A stretch of 64,000 nt of DNA from Mobula hypostoma (Eukaryota). Position 1 is the first letter of the stretch, and every line of letters starts with the position of its first letter. The notes under the pieces are model-generated. The model made no database searches. It worked only from the letters and a program-made list of their open reading frames with translations, and was not told the DNA's origin. The stretch is from NCBI RefSeq assembly GCF_963921235.1, contig NC_086097.1, positions 21,640,001-21,704,000 on the forward strand, read 5' to 3'. Positions 39,926 through 53,804 of the stretch are shown here, piece after piece. Both the position numbers and the translations under genes were made by a program.

Positions 39926-40572
39926 GATAAGAGATATGGGCAGTCCATAATCATCAAAGTATGTATAAATTATACAGCCTTAAGATTCATCTCCTTACAG
40001 GCAGCCACAAAACAAAGAAATACAAAAGACCTCATTAAAAAAAAATTAAGAAATACCCAATGTGCAGAGCGAGAGAAAAAACACTGAATCATGCAAACAA
40101 TAACGATAAAAGCAAGCGATAGCATTCGGAACTAAAGTGAATCCATAGACATGAAGCCCGGAGCAGTCAGAGCAGGCCCATAGCCTTGGCCTCAGTTCAT
40201 TCCCCTTACCTTTGACCATTCCCCCTATATTTTGCTCCAAACACTTTAAAGTCATGTCCCCTCATATTAGCCATTTCCATCCTGGGTAAAAGAGCACTGG
40301 CTGTCCTTTCTATCAATGTCTCTTATCATTTTGTACACTTCCATTAAGTCAGCTCTCATCCTCCTTCACTCCAAAGAGAAAAGCCTAAGCATACTTAACC
40401 TATTCTCCTAAGACATGCTCTCAACTTCTAGAACATAATGTGGCCATGAAAGGTGAAGATGACTGATGTCATCAGGGGTATTGGATAAATTGTAGAGGCT
40501 TGCCACAAGGCCCCAGGATATTGCAGAGTGCCCAAGCTTGGTTCTGGTTATAATGCAGCCCATCCTTTACAG

Positions 40573-40731
40573 ATCCTGGTCCAAGGTGTGTCCTGGCTGT
40601 TTCCCGACTTCAGCTTCGCCTGGCTGGTCGATGAAACCAAGAAGAATATGCCACTGGAGCTTGACTTCCTGAAAGAAGGACGCAACACCGAGAAGATGGC
40701 GAGGATGCTCAAACACTTCCACTTTCTTAAG
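40573..40731 (+). CDS. ADCK1: ADCK1 (aarF domain-containing kinase 1, UbiB family) internal coding exon, 159 nt, phase 0/0
   Basis: cctttacAG acceptor and AAG|GTAAAA donor. Translates ILVQGVSWLFPDFSFAWLVDETKKNMPLELDFLKEGRNTEKMARMLKHFHFLK, matching recalled vertebrate ADCK1 (LFPEFEFMWLVDEAKKNLPLELDFLNEGRNAEK). Confidence 0.95.
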
Positions 40732-41439
40732 GTAAAAATGTTAGAGCTCTTTGGGCCAAAAATGTTACTCCCTCAACACTAAAGCAAGTGGTATTAATTT
40801 GGAAATACCTTCATCATCAACAAAGGTTTAATATGTATAAAAGACATATTACACATATACGTTTGGCAGTCTTTGCTTGTGTGTAGTGTTCATTGACTCT
40901 ATTGTATGGCTGTGTTCTACTCTGAATGCCTGCAAGAAAATGAATCTCAGGGTTGTATATTGTGACATGTATGTACTTTGATAAAAAAATTTACTTTGAA
41001 CTTTGAACTTCAAACCCCACACTGCAGTCTTTGGCCTTTGGTTCTTTATTCTTAAAGGGTTAATGCAGAAAAAAAGATTGTTTGTAAATCTCCAGAAATC
41101 TTTCTCACTACACTACATACTGGCTGTGGAGAAAATGCCGTGGGATGATGTTACTTCATTCTGAGTAAAACCTTTCTTTGACATATTAATTTAAATCTTG
41201 TAAAATAGTCCCAATCTATCCCTAGAGGACTCCTCTGTCCCTGTGAATTACTGAATAAATTAGGTATCTTTATGTTTAAAATGATGCTATTTAAACTGGA
41301 GTCCATGGGAGTGTTGTCCAACAGAACTGGAGGAGTTGTCAGGACTGATTTTTCATATGAAACCCCCTTTTGCGGGGTGTCTCCAGAACGAGCTTGTTAG
41401 CCCCTTGCTAACAGCCACTGGACATCAGAGCCAAGAAAT

Positions 41440-42026
41440 CCACCTTTCTCTGGCTTCATACGTCTAGGGTATATACGACTCCAGCCCCGCAATATCCGTG
41501 GGATTGGGGTGCCTTGTTCACCCAAGCCCCAGTTTGTGCGAAAGCTGTGTAATTTACTGCCCTGTTACAGCCCGTTGCCAGAAATAACAGATCGCACACT
41601 CCATACAATTATAAAGAAGTATATTCTTGAATGTTAACTTAACTGAAAGGGTTGGTAAAGAAAAGAAAGAAAAAAAACAAAAAGGGTCCATTATAATGAA
41701 ACAGTCAAATGTGCATTAAATGTGCAGTCAAATGTCCCACCAGATCGAATCCTACAACCAGCTCTCTCCAGTGTCTTCTCTCTTCATCTCCCACCGAGCA
41801 AAGACCAAGACCAATCTTTGTGCCCTTCATGAAACCTCCTCCTGCCTCCCCAACCCCCAAGCATTCTCCCAGTTCCATTACTCTAATTGGATGACACACA
41901 TTCCTAAGCATCCCTTATCTTCACCGAAAACTCAAACAAGCTGAAAGCAGAACAGAGTCCTCTTATTGAACTGCTAAAATGAAATACCTACAGCGTAGCA
42001 GTAAAATTGTGAACCAGGCCATTGCA
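41440..42026 (-). mobile_element. LTR-like element related to 60199-60830
   Basis: Shared blocks gtctaggg, gaaataac, catacaatta, A-run followed by aaaggg, aatgaaac..gtc.aatgtgca, tagcagt.aaa. Confidence 0.55.
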
Positions 42027-42069
42027 CTCATGGAGGGTTTTCATCCTGGGGGTGTTTCAGTCTTTGCTA

Positions 42070-42300
42070 TGCAGATACTGGAGCCTGGAGCTGCAGACAA
42101 TCTGCCGGAAGAACTTGGGTGAAGCAGCATGTGTGGGAGGAAAGGAACTGTCGGCACTTTCGTTCAAAACCCTGCATCGGGATTTCCTTGCATCACTTGC
42201 ATCAGTCCTGATGCAGCGTCTCAATCCAAAATGTCAACAGTTCCTTTCTAGCCACAGAAGATACTTCACCTGAGTTGTTCCAGCAGATTGTGTGTTGCTT
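42070..42300. mobile_element. Older Penelope-like inverted pair
   Basis: caatctgccggaagaact vs agttgttccagcagattg and aaaggaactgt vs acagttccttt are inverted; central cagtcctgatgca variant core. Confidence 0.65.
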
Positions 42301-42788
42301 TGTCTCAGAACATAGGACAGGGAACATTTCAGCACTGTAAAAGCTCTTCAGCCCGCCATGTTATGCCGACTTTTTAACCTACTTCAAAATCGATCTAACC
42401 CTTCCCTCACACACAGCCCTCTATTTTTCTTTCCTCCTATGTGCCTATCTATGTTTCTCTTAAATGTTCCTAATATTTCTATCTCTACCACCACCCCTGG
42501 CAGGGCACCCACTACTCTCTGTGTTAAAATCCTACCTCATACATTCTCTCCCATATTTTCCTCCAATTACATTAAATTTTGCCCTTTCATATTCACCATT
42601 TCTGCCCCGGCAAAAGTCTCTGGCAATCCAATTGATTTCTGCCTGTGATGATCTTGTATGCCTAATATTTGCACGATTAAAGTCAGAAGCCAAGATTTCA
42701 GTTAGTACCTATGATAGTGGTCTTTATTTTGTCCCGTGGTTCCAGGAGAGATGAATTAACACATCTGCCTTGTGTCTTCATCCTGAAG

Positions 42789-42905
42789 GTGCCTAAAATT
42801 CACTGGGAGTTGTCAACCAGTCGTGTTCTGGCCATGGAGTTTATGGAAGGAGGTCAAGTCAATGACAGAGAGTTCATGAAGGAAAATGGCATCAACGTGA
42901 ATGAG
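42789..42905 (+). CDS. ADCK1: ADCK1 next coding exon, 117 nt, phase 0/0
   Basis: tcttcatcctgaAG acceptor and GAG|GTGAGG donor. Translates VPKIHWELSTSRVLAMEFMEGGQVNDREFMKENGINVNE, in frame with the previous exon and matching ADCK1 VPRIHWDLSTERVLLMEFVDGGQVNDR. Confidence 0.95.
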
Positions 42906-45107
42906 GTGAGGACCGGCTGGCTCTTGCTCATTGAGGAAGGAGTGTCAGCCTTCAAACTGATGGAGCTGGTGGGAATTATTATCCCATCAATCTTGAATAT
43001 AGTTACTGGCCTCCCCTCAATTCATATGTAACTGGGTGACCGTCGGATCTTATTCAGTATAAAAGTGTACTTAGGCATCCATCTGGGTAATGCTAGAATA
43101 GTTGTCTGTGCCTTTAAGGGGAGACGGTGATGTCATTACGCACGCGCGGGATAGTGGGGAGACCATTTTGCTTTCTGCTGAAGATGTGGTAGGGCATTGG
43201 AATTGGGTTCCTCCCAGACTGTGCTGGGCATGGTGAGGAAAGGTTTCCACGAGTGAAGGAATCGACGCTGGGTAGCGTGGTTTATACAAAGTTCCTCACC
43301 ATCCAAGATTGCCACTACCATATTAGTACCATATTAGTTCTGGTATTTTTATACTGCATACGCAATTCTGTCCATACACAAGGGTGTGGAGCGAAAGTTA
43401 AACTGAGATTGTAACAGCAAGAACTGGTTGTAAATTCGTTCGGTTTGTTTCGCGACCTTCTTCTGGCTCTTAAACATCTACAACATTTAAAGGAATTGAA
43501 ACCCGAAAGAGTTTTTGTTGTCCTGAGTGTGTACTTTCCCCCAGGCTACACATATTCAGATACTCATTCAGAGGTTGAAGCATTTATTGTCCAACTCGAA
43601 CTACCCTTGGCATGCTAAGCTGTTTCATGGGGCAATCAGCCAGTTAAAGTTCATAAAAATATGAAGTTTCTTTTTCCAATGAGCATTTATGAACTAGATT
43701 TTATGACTGTATGAAGTTTCATAGTTTTATGACTGTCTGAAATTCATGGTTTTATTATTCATACCAGTTTTTATTTCAAAACTCCAAGTTTGCATACTTA
43801 ATTAACTGTATTTAAAGTACCTGCATGTCTCCAGATCATTTGTCCTGGTCTCAATTAATCAGTCTGGCATTGGAGAGGGTCCAGAGGAGGTTCACGAAAA
43901 CGATACCAGGAATGAAAGGGTTAATTAAAGAAGCATTCGATGACCCTGGGCCTGTACTTGCCGGAGTTTAGAAGAACTGCAGGGGGGTAGATTTAATCGA
44001 AACCTATTGAATATTGAAAGGGGCAAGATACCAGAATAAAAAGATAGGGGGAGGGGATTGAAGCTAGCTGGAAGGTGATAGGTGAAGCCAGGTGGGTCTA
44101 AAAGGTCAAGGGTGGAGAGGAAAGAACCTGATAGGAGTGGTCGTGGAGAGGATGTTTCATATGCTGAGTGCATCTAGGACCAGAGGGCACAGCTTCAGAA
44201 TACAATGACATCTGTTTATAACAGATGAGGAGGAATTTTATTTAGCCAGAGGGTGGTGAATCTGTGGAATTCATTGCCACAGAAGACTAGGGAGGCCATG
44301 TCATTGGGTATATGTAAAGTGGAGGTTGATAAGTTCTTGATTATTAAGGGTGTCAAAGGTAATGGGGAGAAAACAGGAAAAAGGGATTGAGATGGATAAT
44401 AAATCAGCCAAGATGGAATGGTGGAGCAGATTTGATGGGCTTAATGGCCTAATTCTGCTCCTATATCTTATGGTCTTATGGTTACTGGTTTGCCAATATA
44501 ACCAGTATCCTTTATGCAAATAATTGTGATATAGGGTACATAGTGCACATTTAGTAGCGGGCACTCTATACTTGTCCCATGATATCTCTTGCTATTACAC
44601 AGGTCAACATAAATGAGATTGAGTGATTCTGGGAGGAAGAGGTGTGCATTGGAAGTGTGGGGAGGTATTTGGACATTGTGGCTAATGCATGAAGGGCTGG
44701 GATCCACCAGGTGTCTGGTCAGTGCCTGGTTCCTTGCAAGAAACTGCAGGAGTCCTTTTGTGCAGTTTGTCTTTAGTGCATTTTTATAGCAACTTTAATA
44801 AAGTAAAGTGTCCCAGAGCCCTCGGTGACATCTTCACCCTTCAAGGTTTTCCAGGGAAGAAATATCATGGCCCCTTTTAAATCAGTGCCCTCTAATCTTA
44901 AACCTATATCTTCCAGTTTTAAACTCCTCCACTCTGGGAACTCCATCATGAGCCTATCTGCGGGGTTGCCAGATTTTTGTAAACACCAAAATGGTTTCTG
45001 ATTGCCCCCACAAGAAACATAACTGAGATGCTCTACTGGTTTGACTTTTTTGTGGTTACAGCTGCAGTTGACTTCTAACCCCACATAAAGCAGCCTAGCA
45101 AGGCACT

Positions 45108-45742
45108 CAACACACACAAATGCAGGACAAACACAGCATGTCAGGCAGCGTCTACAAGCAAAATGAACAGTTGGTGTTTCGGGCTGGGACCCCTCCACAG
45201 CAACGCACACAAAATATTGTAGGGACTCAGCAGATCAGGCAGCATCTATGGAAAAGAATAAACAGTCAATGTTTCGGGTCAAGACCCTTCTTCAGGATTG
45301 AGAAGGAAAGGGAAAGTGCCAAAATAAAAAGGTGAGGGGTAGGGGAGGAGGCTAACTAGAAGGTGATAGGTGAAGCCAGATGAGTGGGAAAGATCAAGGC
45401 CTGGGGAAGAGAGAACCTGATAGGAGAGGAGAGTGGACAATAGGAGAAGGGGAAGGAGGCAGGGACCCAATGGGAAGTAACAGGCAGGTGAGAAGTAAAA
45501 GGTCAGAGTGGGGAATTTGTATTCCAGAAGGAGAAATCGATACTCATGTCATCAGACGGAATATGTGGTGTTGCTCCTCCACCTGACGGTGGCCTCGTCG
45601 GGGCACAAGAGGAGGCCATTGACCGACTCATCAGGATGGGAATGGGAATCCCTCCATAGATGCTGCCTGACCTGTTGAGTTCCTCCAGCATCTACAGAGC
45701 TCTTGTGTCTCCAGCATCTACAGAAGCTCTTGTGTCTCCAGC
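45108..45742 (-). mobile_element. Penelope-like element: ORF C-terminal remnant, 3' region and hammerhead, in partial tandem, with a short inverted piece
   Basis: Minus frames HSHPDESVNGLLLCPDEATVR and DDMSIDFS resemble the recalled C-terminus of fish Penelope GIY-YIG ORFs. Hammerhead at 45263-45300; second truncated unit 45108-45198; inverted piece 45651-45742. Confidence 0.75.
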
Positions 45743-47618
45743 AAGCCACTCAATTGTACCAAACCATTTAAGAGAAAAAGCTTGCCGTCATTTAGACAGG
45801 GCAATAACTGAGCATTAATCAGGGATTGAATTTAGTGTTTACCCATTCATTGCTTTATGGTTCAGTATCAAGGTTTATTTTTTACTACCTAATTCTTAAT
45901 CAATTCACTGTGTTGAAGGCTAGAGTTATGTTGAGGTAAATTTTATCTACAAGAGCTGAATCACTGCCCAGAAGTCTTCTGAATCGTATTGTAAAGGCGA
46001 CACTTCCTTCTTCGTAAATGCAAAACATTCGACTTTGCATTCAATAAATTTTATATCAATCGTAAATTCAAATGTTTGCTTAATGTGAAGTGTGCATTTT
46101 TCAGCATGCAGATTATAAAGCAGTACAAACAGAATTCTATTGAAGAGGAGCTGGGAGCATTGTACATTCAAGGAAAGTAGGTAGCTTCTTACAAAGATTT
46201 TCTGCAAGGAGTCAGATAGCTGGCAAGCAGAGTAGGATCCAGCTATCAAGGCTGAATGAGTGCTTGAGGAAGTAATTCGATACAGAAATAATCCGATGGC
46301 ACTTTCAAGTATCGTGTTAATGTATTATTAACCAAAGAGGCTCAAGTAAGGATTGGAAAGATTTCTTTCCCTATTTAATCATAATCTTTTGAATAAAAAG
46401 TCGTGGTTTGGAAACTTTGGTTAGGATTTTTCCATTTTCACTAGCCTTAATTAACTTAGATGGGTCTTAAGTTGAAATTCAAAGTTCAAAGTAATTTTAT
46501 TATCAAAGAGCGAATATATCACCATATACTACCTTGAGATTCATTTTCTTGCAAGCATTTACAGGAAAATAAAGAAATACAGTAGAATGTATGTAAAGCT
46601 ATAACTAGAAAAGATAGACGAACAAGTAATGCAGAAACGAAGACAAATCATGCAAACACTAAAAAGTAAATAAATGATGCTGAGTTGCAGAGTCTTTGAA
46701 AGTGAGTTGATAGGTTTTGGAGTCAGTTCAGTGTAGAGATGAGTGAAGCTGTCCATGTCTTTTCAGGAGCCTGATAGTTGTAGAGTAATAATCGTTCCCA
46801 AATCTGGAAGGGAGCATGGCTTGGGTGATGAGGGTCCTTAATGGTGGATGCTGCTTTCTAATGTGCTTTGCCTGTGATGGACTGGGCTGTAATCACCACC
46901 TTTAGTAGACTTTACCTTTCCTGGACATTGGTGGTGCTATATCAAGCCATGCTGCAACTAGTCAGGACACTCTCACAGTGCATCTATAGAGGTTTGTCAA
47001 AGTTTTTGATGACGTGCTAAATCTATGCAAACTTGTAAGAAAGTGGAACAAACGTTCTGCCTTTTTTATGATGACACTTATGTGCTGGCATCAGGACAGA
47101 CCTTCTGATATGATAATGCCCATTCATTTAAAGCTGCATTGGGATGATAGGAGGGTATTATTTGGGCTGAAGGGTCTTCATCATTTGAAGTTATCTTTCA
47201 ATCACGTTCCAGCATCTGCAGTGATTTGTCTCTCCATTTCCTTTAGAGATTACCTTTGTAAATTTGATTGGATTTGTGTTCAGTTTTACATAAAAAGGCT
47301 TGGAGATCGTTAGTGGCCACATGACTCAGTGCTTTAGGATGCAACTATTCCAATTTTAAGCGGTGACGTGCTGCACAAAGTGACAGTGTGACGATGATTA
47401 ACTAATTTCTTTGTCACTCACACTTGGTAACTACACTGTGATTGATCTCATTCACATTATAATTTTTGTCATTATCCTCCATTTGATGCATTTTACTGGA
47501 AACGTCACCCGGCTTTTATTGGAAGAAGAAACAGCTGCCATGGTTTCTTTCGTCCAATCTTTACGTCAACTTTATTTTAAGAATAGCTGTTGAATAGTAG
47601 ACTGCCTTGAATTCAATT

Positions 47619-47755
47619 ATCCTGATGAAGGGGGTTGGCCTTAAACGTCAACAGTTTATTCCCTTCTATAGATGCTGCCTGACCTGCTGAGTTTGTCCAG
47701 CATTTTGTGTGTGTCGCTCAGAATTTCCTGCATCTGTGAAATCTCTCATGTCTTT
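47619..47755 (+). mobile_element. Short Penelope-like 3' end starting at a degraded hammerhead
   Basis: tcCTGATGAaggggg-ttggcct-TAAA-cgtc followed by the family 3' motif. Confidence 0.75.
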
Positions 47756-48109
47756 AAAACACAGGTCTTATAGATATATAGAGTACTACAGCACAGAAAC
47801 AGGCACCTCGGCCCATCTAGTCTGTGCTGAACCATTACTCTGCCTACTCCCATTGACCTGCACCTACGCCCTCCATACCCCTCTCTTCTATGTACTTATC
47901 CATTTTTCTTTTAAATGGTGCAATCGAACCTGCATCCACCACTTCTGCTGGAAACCTGTTTCACACTTGCAACACCTTCTGAGTGAAGAAGTTGCCTCTC
48001 AGTTTCCCCTTAAGCATTTCACCTTTCAATCTTAACCTATGACCTCTTGTTCTCATCTCGCCCAGCTTCAGTGGAAAGCCAGCTTGCATAGTTTTCAATG
48101 GATTCTTCA

Positions 48110-48620
48110 TCTCGACTGTGCAACTGCGTGTTGGACTTCCTAACGAACAGACCTCAGACAGTCAGGAAACACAACAGCTCCTCCCTCCCAAACATCCTCA
48201 ACATTAGTGCCCCCCCCCCCCAGGGCTGTGTGCTGAGCCCATAGCTGTACACTCTGCTCACATGGCCAAACACCTGAGAAATTACATCATCAAGTTTGCA
48301 AATGGCACGACAGTGCGGGGGCTCCTCACCAGCAATGATGAGATGGCCTACAGAGAGGAGGTGAAAGAGCTCAAGACACGATGCCAAGCAAATATCCTCT
48401 TCCTCAATGTCAACAAGACAAAGGAGATGGTTATTGACTTCAGGAGGACTCAAACCACTGACACCCCTTGTTACATCAGCGGCACACCAATGGAAACTGC
48501 AGTCAGTTTCAAACTCCTGGGAGTGCACATCACACACAACCTTTCACTATCGGAGAACATATCCCAAACAATCAAGAAAACTCACCAACCCTACTATATT
48601 GATTGAAAGGTGAAGCAGAC
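48110..48620 (+). mobile_element. Rex1/L2-like RT fragment
   Basis: IIKFANGTTVRGL...LNVNKTKEMVIDFRR...FKLLGVHIT. Confidence 0.85.
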
Positions 48621-49957
48621 ATGATGATCCAAATAGCTTAATTTGACTCCTGTCTTATTAGCATTGTTAAGTCAACAGGAGAACCAGGGTTTACCATCTC
48701 AGGGAGCAATTGGAGCAGGAATCTGTTGAGACTGAAATCCAAAACAAAACTGGAAGTTGCTGGACACAAACAGTTGGACAGGTACCATCAATGGATTGGT
48801 CAACAACACAATCACCATCAGCACAGGTACATAATAATGCTATGTGCTTACTCTGCACCATTGAGCACATCTACAAGAAAGCATCCTCCATCATCAAGGA
48901 CCCCCACCATCCAGGCCATGCCCTCTTCTCGATCCTGCTATCATTTGGCAATGACTTCCAATGACACCCATTACCTAGTCATTATCATGGCAGCTTTGTG
49001 TGAAAATCACTCTGCATTTAAAACATATCTCACAGGCTGCAAGGACAGAGGGCTTTATTTAAGTAGAGCTCTCAAGAAGGCAGATGGAATGCTAAGTGAT
49101 TGGTAATAGAGCCACACCACTTTGAACATCGCCAAAGACAATCTAGAACTTATAACAATCTCAAGTTCATGTTTGTTGTCATAGGCATATGTAGTATATA
49201 AATGTCATGAAAATGTCGTTTTTTAGGGGTGCCTTGGTAGCCTAGTAGTTAGCACAATGCTTTATAGTGCCAGCTGTGAGATAGGGGTTCAATACCCTCT
49301 GCTGTCTGTTCTCCCTGTGACCATGCAAGCTTCCTCTGGGTCCTCTGCTTTCCTCCCATGTTGCAAGGGCTATTGGTTAGGGTTAGTGAGCTGCGGGCAT
49401 CTAGGTGGGTGCCAGAAGCGTGGCGACACTTGCAGGCTGCTCAGCAAAATCCTCACTGATTTGATTTGACACAAGCGACGCATTTCGATATACACATGAA
49501 AAATAAAGCTGATCTTTAAGATCACTATCTTTTTTCAGCAGCAACACAGTACATTATGAACGTGACAAACATAAGGTAACGTTAACTTAACATAAGTTAC
49601 ATATAGCTTACATGATTAAATAAACATAAGGGGAATAATGGAGAGAGAGAGAGAGAGAGAGAGAGAAAGAAACATAGAAACATATATAGTCTGAGGTCAA
49701 ATGAGAGGTTTTCAGCTTAGCCCTAGACCCGCTGGCTGTGGGGGAGAAGCTGCTATTGAACCCGGAGTTGTGGGTTCCTGAACCTCCTGCCTAGGGGGTG
49801 GGTCACTCAGGAGAATCTCCTGGTGGGCTTACTTCTGGTTCTAGCCAAAATGCCCATTCACGGGCCGGGCAACGGGCACTCGAGGCTCTGCCCAGGCCAA
49901 CTGCCTACCTCTCTTTTGGATATGTCTATACCCAGATGTCCCTGTAGAAGGAGCACA

Positions 49958-52900
49958 AGGCCATAAGACATAGGAGCAGAATGGTTCTGCTATTCCATCA
50001 TAGCTGATTTATTATCCCTATCAACCAAAGCTTTAAGTATACTCAGTGACTTGTCCTTCACAGAATCTGTGGCAACGAATTCCACAGATCCACTACCCTC
50101 TGGTTAAAGAAATTTCTCCTCATTTCAGTTTTAAATGGACATCCCTCTATTCTAAGGCTGTGTCTTCTTGTCCTAAAATCACCCACTATAGGAAACATCC
50201 TCCCCACATCCACTCTATCCAGACCTTTCAATATTCAATAGGTTTCAATGAGATCCCCTCTCACTCTACTATACTCTATCGAGTACAGGCCCAAAGACAT
50301 CAAGCACTTCTCATTTGATAACTTTTTTATTCTGGAAACTCTCATGAACTTCCTCTGGACACTCTCCAATGCCAGCACATTTTTAAAATAAGCCAAAACT
50401 GCTCACAGTACTCAAAGCGTGATCTGACCAATGCCTTATAAAGCCTCAACATTACATCCTTGCTTTTATATTTTAGTCCTCTCAAAATGAATGCTAACAT
50501 TGCATTTTCCTTCTTTACCACCAACTCAACCAGCAAGTTATCCTTTAGGGAATCCTGCACAAGGGCTCCCAAGTCCATTTGCACCTCTGATTTTTGAATT
50601 TCCTCCCCATTTAAAAAATAGCCTATGCCTTTATTCCTTCTACCAACGTGCATGACCATACATTTCCCTACACTATATTCCATCTAGCACTTCATTGCCC
50701 ATTCCCCTAATTTGTTTAAGTCCTGCTGCAGACTTTCTGCTTCCTCAGCACCACCTGCCCTTCCATCTATCTTTGTATCATCTGCAAACTTTGCCACAAA
50801 GCCATTAATTCTGTCAACCAAATCATTCACTTATAACGTGAAAAGAAACAGCCCCAGTACCTTCCTCTGCGGAAAACCAGTAACCAATGGCAGCCAATCA
50901 AAAAGTCTCGCTTTATACCCACTGTTTGCCTCCTGCCAACCAGCCAATGCTCTATCCATGCTAGCATCTTTCCTGTAATACTATGGGCTCTTACCTTGTT
51001 AAGCAGCCTCATGTGCAGCAGCTTGTCAAAGGCCTTCTGAAATACAAGTACACATTAACTGACTCTCCTTTGTCTATTCTGCCTGTTATTTCCTCAAAGA
51101 ATTCCAAAAGATTTTCAGACAAGAGTTCTTGTTAATGGAAACTATGTTGATTTTGACATATTTTATCATGTGTCCCCATGTACCACGAAGCCTCATCCTT
51201 AATAAAATACTCCAATATCTTCCCAACCACAGAAGTCAGGCTATTTGGCCTATAATTTCTTTTCTTCTGTCTCCCTCTCTTCTTGCAGAGTGGAGTGACA
51301 TTTGTAATGTTCCAGTCCTCTTGAACCATTCCAGAATGTAATGATTCTTGAAAGTTCATTACTAATGTCTCCACGATCTCTTCAGCTACCTCTTTCAGAA
51401 CCCTGGTGAGTAGACTATCTGGTTCAGATGACTTATCTACCTTCAGGCCTTTCAGCTTCCCAAGCACTTACTCCTCACTATGGCAACTACACTCACTTCA
51501 GTCATCTGACACCGACATTCTGACATGCTGCTAATGTCTTCCACAGGGAAGGCAGATGTAAAATGCTTATTAAGTTCATCTGCTATTTCTTGTCCCCCGT
51601 TACTACCTCTCCTGCATCATTTTCCAGTGATCTGATATCCACTCTTACCTCTCTTTTACTCTTTATATATCTGAAAAAAAACTTTTGGTATCCTCTTTAA
51701 TATTATTGGCTAGCTTACCATCAAATTTCATCTTTTCTCTCTTTTTTTTAGTTTTCTTTTGTTTTTTAAGAGCTTCCCAATACTCTAACTTCCCCCTAAT
51801 TTTTGCTGTAATATATGCCCTCTCATTTCCTTCTTGGCTGTTTTGACTCCCCTTGTCAGCCGTGGTTACCTCCTCTTCCTGTTAAAATGCTTTCTCATCT
51901 CTGGGATGTTCTATCCTGTGCCTTCTGAATTACTCTCAGAAACTCCAGCGATTGCTTTTCTGCTACCATCACAGATAATGTCTCTTTCCAATCAACTTTG
52001 GGCTGCTCCTCTCTCATGCCTCTGTAATTCCCTTTACTCATCTGTAATACTGATATATTTGGCTTTACCTTCTCCCTCTCAAACTGCAGGGTAAACTCTA
52101 TCATATTGTTATCACAGTTTCCCAAGTTTTCCTTTACCTTAAGCTCCCTAATGAAATCTGCTTTATTACACAATACCCAATCCAGAATTGCCTTTCCCCT
52201 AGTGGGTGCAAACCACAAGGTGCTCTAAAGGGCCATCTCAGGCATTCTACAAATTCCCTCTTTTGGGATCTAGCACCACCCTAATTTTCCCAATCTACCT
52301 GTATATTGAAGTCCCTCACGACTATTGTAACATTGCCTGTATCTTTTACCAACAAAGCTACCCCACCCCTCTACCTACCTTCCTGCCCTTTCAGTACAAA
52401 GTGAATCTTTGGATGTTAAGCTCAAAACTATGATCTTCTTTCAGCCACAACTCAGTGATGCCTATAATGCCAGACCTGCCAATCTCCAACTCTGCTACAA
52501 GTTCATCTGCCGTATTTCATATATAGCATGCAAATATAACACCCTCAGTCCTGTATTCGTCACTCTTTCTGATTTTTACCCCACATTACGGTTAATGACT
52601 GACATTCTGCCCTGACATCTGTCTGTCCTTCCACATGGTCTCACAACACAGTGCATCGCCTTGTATACCAATGATCCCATCCTCAGCCTGTCATTTTGGA
52701 TCCCTTGTCCCTGCCAAATTAGTTTAAATCCTTACCAAGAGTTCTAGAAACTGCTCTCAGGGATATTAGTCTCCTTTGGGTGACCCACTCTTTATGTACA
52801 TGTCATACCTTCGCCACGATTGATCCCAATGATTCAGAAATATAAAACCTTGCTGCCTGCGCCAATTCTTCAGCCACGCTTCCATCCACCAAATCATCCT

Positions 52901-53425
52901 ATTCTTATCCTCACTGGCACATTGGTTCAGACAGCAATCCAGGGATTACTACCTTGGAGGTCCTGCTTTTCAGCTTTCTACCTGATTCCCTATATTCTCT
53001 CTTCAGGACCCCTATATTCCCTAATTCCCTATATTCTCACTTTTTTGACCTATGTCATTGTACCAATATGTACCATGACTTCTGGCTGCTCAACCTCCAC
53101 CTTTAGAATGCTGTGGACCTGATCTGAGATATCCCTGACCCTGGCACCCGACAGGCAGAATACCATCTGGGCATACCATCAAAGGTCACTGAGCTGCAGC
53201 TCCAGTTCTTTCTCTAAGGAGCTGCAGCTGAATATACTTTGTAAAGATGTAGTTATCAGGGAGGCTGGAGGTCTCCCAGAGTTCCCAAATCTCACACAAA
53301 GAGCCTCTGGACCCATTCTCAGCACACTAGCTGTGTAAAATAGGCAAAGAAAGAGAAAATAAAAGCTTTCTTATAACCTTCTGTACTTGCCCAAGCCTGT
53401 TCTTGCCGAAGCCTTTTGAGCCAAA
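49958..53425 (-). mobile_element. Near full-length, heavily decayed CR1 LINE
   Basis: Minus frames PTRGKAILDWVLCN (APE end), LKVDKSSEPD...NYRPNSLTSVVGK and LYKALVRSRFEYCEQFW; 5'UTR resembles 29380-29450. Confidence 0.85.
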
Positions 53426-53804
53426 GCCTCCCGCTACAACACTGTCCCTCTCCAACAATGGCCTCTCTGCTTACACCTTTCCTCTATTTATTGGCTCAAA
53501 TAATACTAACTCCCGACAAGACTAAACCTTTTCAAATGGCTCTCGTCTTGCAACGATATCTCTCCCTCACTCGCTACTTCAAATTATGACTCATTCCCAA
53601 TGAGACTTGTTCTTCAAAATTCAAAGTTCAAAGTAAGTTTTTTTATTCAAGTGCATACATGTCACCGTATACAACCTTGAGATTTCTTTTCTTGTGGGAA
53701 ATCTCACTAAATACAAGAAATGCAATAGAATCAATAAAAGACTGCGCCCACCAGGACAGACAACAAGCAATGTGCAAAACAAAAACAACAAACTATAGTC
53801 ATAG

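Noticed and set aside
40528..43031. ORF-track boundaries 40528-40782 and 42711-43031 as whole genes
   Set aside because: ADCK1 similarity is confined to the AG/GT-bounded exons; the flanks are intronic read-through.
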